The notes beneath the pieces are model-generated. The model saw only the letters and a list, made by a program, of their open reading frames with translations. It was not told the DNA's origin and searched no databases. The position numbers were made by a program, and so were the translations under genes. This document shows, in pieces, positions 59,479 to 64,000 of a stretch of 64,000 nt of DNA; position 1 is the first letter of the stretch, and every line of letters begins with the position of its first letter. The stretch is from contig JAAXWQ010000004.1 in the NCBI GenBank assembly GCA_013335115.1, positions 45,974-109,973 on the forward strand. The letters are read 5' to 3'. The stretch is from Chlorobiaceae bacterium. Lineage in GTDB: Bacteria; Bacteroidota; Chlorobiia; Chlorobiales; Chlorobiaceae.

Positions 59479-61065
59479 TTACCACACACTCAATGGGCAG
59501 AACCTTGCCGGCTGGTGGAAGTCGGGCGTTTCTGGGGAGTCCCACCAGGGGAAGAGGCCATAGCGGTTTCCTCCGAGGCTGGCGCAGCACTGCATGCGGA
59601 GTTCCCCATCGTGAATGAACGGCTTCACCAGCGAGTATGAAAGCTCCATGCCGAACGCGTCCCCCTTGATGAACGGCTTCACCGAGTCCCTCCAGGCATC
59701 CTCCGATGGAGCCTCATGCCCGGCAGATCTGCGCCGTGGGGCGTCGAGCCTGATCGCCACCCAGTGTCCTTCGGGAGTCACTTCGAACTCCTCGTAGACG
59801 CCCTCGCCTCCGATGAAAAGCTCGGAAACGCTGAACTTCCAGAGCTGGTCAACGAATGCACCAGATGGTGCATCAGGAAGCAAAGGAAACGCCTTGCCCG
59901 ATTCATCGACGGTACTCCAGCGGATGAACGGACGCCCGGGATCCAGACGTGCTTCGGAAACCGGAATGAGCTGTTCGACCATGACCCGCACTCCGGCCGG
60001 AAATCCGAAGTCCTCGTAAGCATAATCAAACAGCGGCCCTTGCATGAGCGTGCGTGGGAAGTTTTCAGGCTCAGCATCCGGAAAACGCAGGAGTCCGGCC
60101 CAGGCCCTACCGGGATGACGCTCGTCCGGCGTCGAGGGTACGCCGCAGGCCTCAAGCAGTGCGGCGTCGAACGATCCGGCGCACTGCACCTCGAGCTCCA
60201 GGTCGGCGCCGGCCTGCTCCCTGGCGGCCGTCCGCATCGCCGCGGCGAGTCGCAGCACCTCTTCGGCCCTGGCGTTGCCCGTATTGAAGATGAAGTTCGC
60301 ATGGTGTTCGCTGACCATCGCACCACCCTCGCGGCGCCCCTTGAAGCCAAGCGACTCGAAGATCCGTCCGCTTGGCCGTCCGGCGGCATAGCTGTTCTTG
60401 AAGGTGGATCCGCAGCTCGGGAAATCGAACTGGTGCTTTGCCTCTCGGTCGAGCCCGTATTGGTCCATCGTCGCCATGATCTCAGCAGGGCTTTTACGGC
60501 CGGGGAGACGGAGCAGCACCCCGGCCACGACCTCGCTTCCGTTCATCAGGCAGGTTTGCTTGTACCCCTGGAACACCTCATCATTCGTTCGCCAGCGCAC
60601 GGTACCGTCCAGTCCGACCGTCGCCACGCCAGCCGTCACTGCCGAGGCTTCGAGCCCGTAGCAGCGGCCGTTCATGCGCACCGTCGAGCCGATCATGCCG
60701 GGCAGGCGGTAGAGCCACTCCCCTCCTGAGATGCCTTCCTCCATAAGCCTCAGGGCGACCTCGCTGTTCTCGACCCCGGTTTCGCAGAAAAGTTCATCCC
60801 CGGAAACCATGACCATGCGTTTCATGGATGCGGTCGAGACCACCAACCCAGGGAAATCGTCGTCCGAAAAGAGCATATTGCTCCCCTTGCCGGCCACGAT
60901 CATGGGAATTGCATTTCGACGGCACCAGCCGATCAGTTCAGCCAGTTCCCTGACGCTGCCAGGTCGGGCAAGCCAACGGGCAGTGCCGCCGATGCCATAG
61001 TACCCGACCGTTGAGAGCGGAACGTGCTGTTCGAAAGGGCATGGAGGAGTAGGGTCAGCCATCAT
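59479..61065 (-). CDS. murB: UDP-N-acetylenolpyruvoylglucosamine reductase (MurB) fused to a C-terminal domain of about 220 aa with unknown function (CBM9/DOMON-like?)
   Basis: The start is probably MMADPT (61065), because the track start at 61107 overlaps the upstream OMP gene. MurB motifs: YGIGGTARWLA, IVAGKGSNMLF, CGSTFKNS, VSEHHANFIFN. Residues after ~325 (nt 59482..60135) are extra and end in ...DFHQPARFCPLSVW. Confidence 0.85.
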   Translation of the reverse strand: MMADPTPPCPFEQHVPLSTVGYYGIGGTARWLARPGSVRELAELIGWCRRNAIPMIVAGKGSNMLFSDDDFPGLVVSTASMKRMVMVSGDELFCETGVENSEVALRLMEEGISGGEWLYRLPGMIGSTVRMNGRCYGLEASAVTAGVATVGLDGTVRWRTNDEVFQGYKQTCLMNGSEVVAGVLLRLPGRKSPAEIMATMDQYGLDREAKHQFDFPSCGSTFKNSYAAGRPSGRIFESLGFKGRREGGAMVSEHHANFIFNTGNARAEEVLRLAAAMRTAAREQAGADLELEVQCAGSFDAALLEACGVPSTPDERHPGRAWAGLLRFPDAEPENFPRTLMQGPLFDYAYEDFGFPAGVRVMVEQLIPVSEARLDPGRPFIRWSTVDESGKAFPLLPDAPSGAFVDQLWKFSVSELFIGGEGVYEEFEVTPEGHWVAIRLDAPRRRSAGHEAPSEDAWRDSVKPFIKGDAFGMELSYSLVKPFIHDGELRMQCCASLGGNRYGLFPWWDSPETPDFHQPARFCPLSVW

Positions 61066-61082
61066 GTTGTCTGCAGGGTTCT

Positions 61083-61676
61083 TCAGAACCTGTAGAGAAG
61101 TCCGCACATCAGGCTTTGGGAGGCGATATCGAAACTTCCGAGCCTGGTGTCGTGGAGTTTGTCGGTCGCAAAGTAGCGATACCTGAGATCAAGGTCGAAG
61201 TTCGCGACCAAGGGCACCAGTGCACCGACCCCTGCCTCATAGGCGAACACCGTATGGTCGGCCGTATAGGTTTCGTTCGACCAGAGGCTCCAGTTGTGTA
61301 TTCCCACGTTTGCAAGGCCGGCTCCGGCCGTCACATAGGGCCTCAGCCACCCCTCGTCCGGGGAAAAATCGTAATAGCCGTTGAGCATCCAGGATGAGGT
61401 CGTCAGGAGGTTCATTTCCCCGAACATGAAACTGGCCAACCAGTCGATATTGCCTTGTCCTCCATATTCCACCTCTGCGCGATAGTTGCCCGAAGCCAGG
61501 CCGACAGCAGCATTCAGGTTGAGGCCCGCAGCCACCATCTGTGGCGGTGTGCTCTTGATCTCGTTGAACCATGTGGCACCTGCGCCGCCGCTGATGTAGG
61601 GTTGTGCGGCCAAGGCGGAGGTTGTCAATGATCCGATGGTGACGATCGTAAGAAATGTGGCAATGATTTTTTTCAT
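61083..61676 (-). CDS. Small outer-membrane beta-barrel protein (OMP_b-brl / OmpW-Opa-like)
   Basis: The signal peptide is MKKIIATFLTIVTIGSLTTSALA. Alternating aromatic/Gly strands follow, and the C-terminus ...GLLYRF has the terminal Phe typical of BAM substrates. Confidence 0.8.
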   Translation of the reverse strand: MKKIIATFLTIVTIGSLTTSALAAQPYISGGAGATWFNEIKSTPPQMVAAGLNLNAAVGLASGNYRAEVEYGGQGNIDWLASFMFGEMNLLTTSSWMLNGYYDFSPDEGWLRPYVTAGAGLANVGIHNWSLWSNETYTADHTVFAYEAGVGALVPLVANFDLDLRYRYFATDKLHDTRLGSFDIASQSLMCGLLYRF

Positions 61677-61789
61677 GAGGGTTGCCTGGGTGGTTGCGTG
61701 GGATGTTTACCGAACATGATACAATCAGGATAAATATAGAACACATCAGCCAAGAAAAAAACAGGGACCCGGACATGGAACATGGAGGA

Positions 61790-64000
61790 TCAGGACTTGA
61801 ACCAGAGCCTGAAAATCCTGGACTTGACGAAGTCGGGAATGAAGAAGCACACGAGGCAAAGGAAGAGGGCCGGCGGCAACTGGTGCCACTCGGGGGGATC
61901 GAACCTGAAAAGCCCGCGCATGAACGGCACGGCCGTGGACAGGACGAAGAAGAGGATGGCGCCCGCGGTTACCCACCACAGGGCGCTGTTGGGGATCCTG
62001 AGCGAGCGGATCATGGACTGGTCCCACGAACGGTTGGCGAAGATGAGGCCGATATTGCCGGCGACGATGCCTCCGAAGGCGATCATGCGGGCCTCTCCGG
62101 CGCCGTAGCCGTTGGACAGCATCAGGGCGTAGACGCCGAAGACGGCAAGGAAGATGGCAAATCCCTGGAACAGGGACCGCAAGAGCACCTGTCGGCCCAC
62201 GAGAGGTTCGTCGAGGCTGCGAGGCGGCCGGCGCATGATATCCGGTTCGTCGCGTTCCATTTCGAAGACGATGCTACATGAGGGATCGATGAGCAGTTCG
62301 AGGAACAGGATGTGCGCCGGCAAAAGGGCGAGCGGCCAGTTCAGCAGCACCGGAAACAGCGACATCCCGGCGATGGGCAGGTGCACCGAAAGGATGAACA
62401 CCATCGCCTTCCGGAGGTTGTCGTAGATCCTTCGTCCCATCCTGACGGCCCGGACGATCGATTCGAAGTGGTCGTCTACGAGCACGATCGCCGCCGCCTC
62501 GCGGGCTACGTCGGTACCCCGTCCCCCCATGGCGATGCCGATGTGGGCGGCTTTCAGGGCAGGAGCGTCGTTTACCCCATCGCCGGTCATGGCCACGACC
62601 TCGCGGCGCGCCTTGAGCGCCTCCACGATCCCGAGCTTCTGGCCGGGCCGCATTCGTGCGAATATCGCGGTGCGCCCGATGGCCTCATGCAGTTCGTCGC
62701 GGCTCATCAGTTCCAGCTGCCCTCCGGTGACCAGGTGCTCCCTCCCCTGCAGCCCGATCTGTTCCCCGATGCGTCGTGCCGTTGCCGGATAGTCTCCGGT
62801 CATCATGATCATGCGGATACCGGCCTCCCGGCACTCCTTCAATGCCTCCGGGACTCCCTGCCGTACCGGGTCCTCGAGGCCGAGCAGGCCGATGAAGGAA
62901 AATGCGTAATCGTGCCGCTCCTCAGGAAGCGGACCCGGGCCGAACGACGCCTTCGCCACACCGATCACCCGCATGCCGTCCGCAGCGATCGCATCGATGG
63001 ACGCCTGGAGCAGTTCAGTGCGCCCTGCGTCGAAATGGCAGAGGTCGGCGATCGCTTCCGGAGCCCCCTTTGCGGCGATCACATATCCCTCGCCGGCGGT
63101 CGAGCGCCATGCGTGGGAAATGGCGAGCATGCCTTCCGAAAGCGGGTACTCCTTTTCGAGGACCCAATCCCGGTGCAGGTGCTCCGTGTCGGAGAGTGCC
63201 TTCTCCCCGAGTTCGAGCATCGCTTTCTCCATCGGGTCGAACGGGTCGGGAGGGCTGGCGAGGATGCTGTATTCGACCGCCTCGTGCACTGATTCGGGGA
63301 GGCTGTCGCCCATACCGTCCACCTCGTACTCAAGTCCCTCGACGAAGATCCGCCGCACGGTCATACGGTTCTCGGTCAAGGTGCCGGTCTTGTCGACGCA
63401 AAGCACCGAAGCCGCGCCGAGCATCTCTACCGCAGGCATCCGTCTGGTCAAGACCCGGTATCGGGAAAGCCGCCATGCTCCGAGGGCGAGGAAGACGACC
63501 AGCACCATGGGAAACTCCTCGGGAAGGGTCGCCATGGCGAGCGTCAGCCCGGCAAGCAGGCCGTTAAGCCAATCATGGCGGGTCAGGCCGTACGCTACCG
63601 TGACGATAAGGCACAGGATGACGCTGAATATGCCCACGGTTCGGACCAGGAGGCCCATCTGGCGTTGCAGCAGGCTCGATTCGGGGTGCAGGGCACCGAG
63701 GGCTTTGCCGATTTTCCCGATTTCGGTGCGTGGACCAGTACTGGTCACCAGGGCTATGGCCCGCCCGCCGACCACGAGCGAACCCGAATAGATGAACGGC
63801 AGGTCGTCACCCCCAGGGGCTACGGGAAGCCGACGGCCGTCACCACAGGATTTACGCACAGGAAAAGACTCTCCGGTAAGGAGGGATTCGTCCGTGGTGA
63901 GGCCACTGCACGAAAGCAGTTCCGCGTCTGCCGGTACACGGTCGCCTTCGGAAACCAGGATGACGTCGCCTCTGACCACCTCCCTGCCTGCAATGCGCAC
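61790..64000 (-). CDS. P-type cation-transporting ATPase (P2-type, Ca2+/Mg2+-like). N-terminus lies outside the window
   Basis: The frame is open to the window edge. Motifs: CVDKTGTLTENRMTV (phosphorylation site), MMTGDYPATA, VAMTGDGVNDAPALKAAHIGIAMG, and C-terminal TM helices. Confidence 0.92.
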   Translation of the reverse strand: MRIAGREVVRGDVILVSEGDRVPADAELLSCSGLTTDESLLTGESFPVRKSCGDGRRLPVAPGGDDLPFIYSGSLVVGGRAIALVTSTGPRTEIGKIGKALGALHPESSLLQRQMGLLVRTVGIFSVILCLIVTVAYGLTRHDWLNGLLAGLTLAMATLPEEFPMVLVVFLALGAWRLSRYRVLTRRMPAVEMLGAASVLCVDKTGTLTENRMTVRRIFVEGLEYEVDGMGDSLPESVHEAVEYSILASPPDPFDPMEKAMLELGEKALSDTEHLHRDWVLEKEYPLSEGMLAISHAWRSTAGEGYVIAAKGAPEAIADLCHFDAGRTELLQASIDAIAADGMRVIGVAKASFGPGPLPEERHDYAFSFIGLLGLEDPVRQGVPEALKECREAGIRMIMMTGDYPATARRIGEQIGLQGREHLVTGGQLELMSRDELHEAIGRTAIFARMRPGQKLGIVEALKARREVVAMTGDGVNDAPALKAAHIGIAMGGRGTDVAREAAAIVLVDDHFESIVRAVRMGRRIYDNLRKAMVFILSVHLPIAGMSLFPVLLNWPLALLPAHILFLELLIDPSCSIVFEMERDEPDIMRRPPRSLDEPLVGRQVLLRSLFQGFAIFLAVFGVYALMLSNGYGAGEARMIAFGGIVAGNIGLIFANRSWDQSMIRSLRIPNSALWWVTAGAILFFVLSTAVPFMRGLFRFDPPEWHQLPPALFLCLVCFFIPDFVKSRIFRLWFKS

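Overview
This is a dense, mostly housekeeping 64-kb chromosomal segment. It looks like a green sulfur bacterium (Chlorobiaceae). That is an inference from two small CsmB/CsmF-like chlorosome envelope genes, a tandem pair of plant-type DVR/BciA-like reductases, an Hdr/Flx-type redox cluster and FCB-group families such as DUF4295. GC looks high-50s % by eye. I can support about 47 protein-coding genes, including prc, fba, rpiB, ppk, pyrC, a DEAD-box helicase, bfr, ndh, sbcC, sbcD, rmuC, a umuC-like gene, ogg, secA, purL, nnr, mscL, murB and a P-type ATPase. I saw no tRNA, rRNA or CRISPR array. Most long track ORFs lying opposite these genes are antisense shadows of GC-rich coding sequence. Many track ORFs also carry spurious N-terminal extensions, and I give refined starts where an in-frame ATG/GTG fits the family N-terminus and the neighbouring gene.

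Items worth a second look:
1. A single-gene pentapeptide-repeat (about 58 pentads) plus C-terminal TIR fusion at 8656..10227, wedged between core genes. It is my best candidate for an undescribed NADase-type immune or abortive-infection module.
2. An orphan ThsB/DUF1863-like TIR protein 9 kb away (19177..19785).
3. An HUH/Y1 (RayT/COG1943-like) transposase flanked by a 21-bp inverted repeat and a perfect 83-bp tandem duplication (58191..59470).
4. Two families of short dispersed repeats at gene 3' ends (core GTGACACGT and core GTCCTTGCTGTCCC).
5. A fused hdrCB-hdrA-mvhD-flxCBA-like cluster.
6. MurB with a C-terminal extra domain of about 220 aa.
7. umuC without umuD, next to sbcCD-rmuC.
8. A sharply AT-rich patch upstream of and into ogg.

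All family assignments come from reading motifs by eye. None has been checked by HMM or BLAST.
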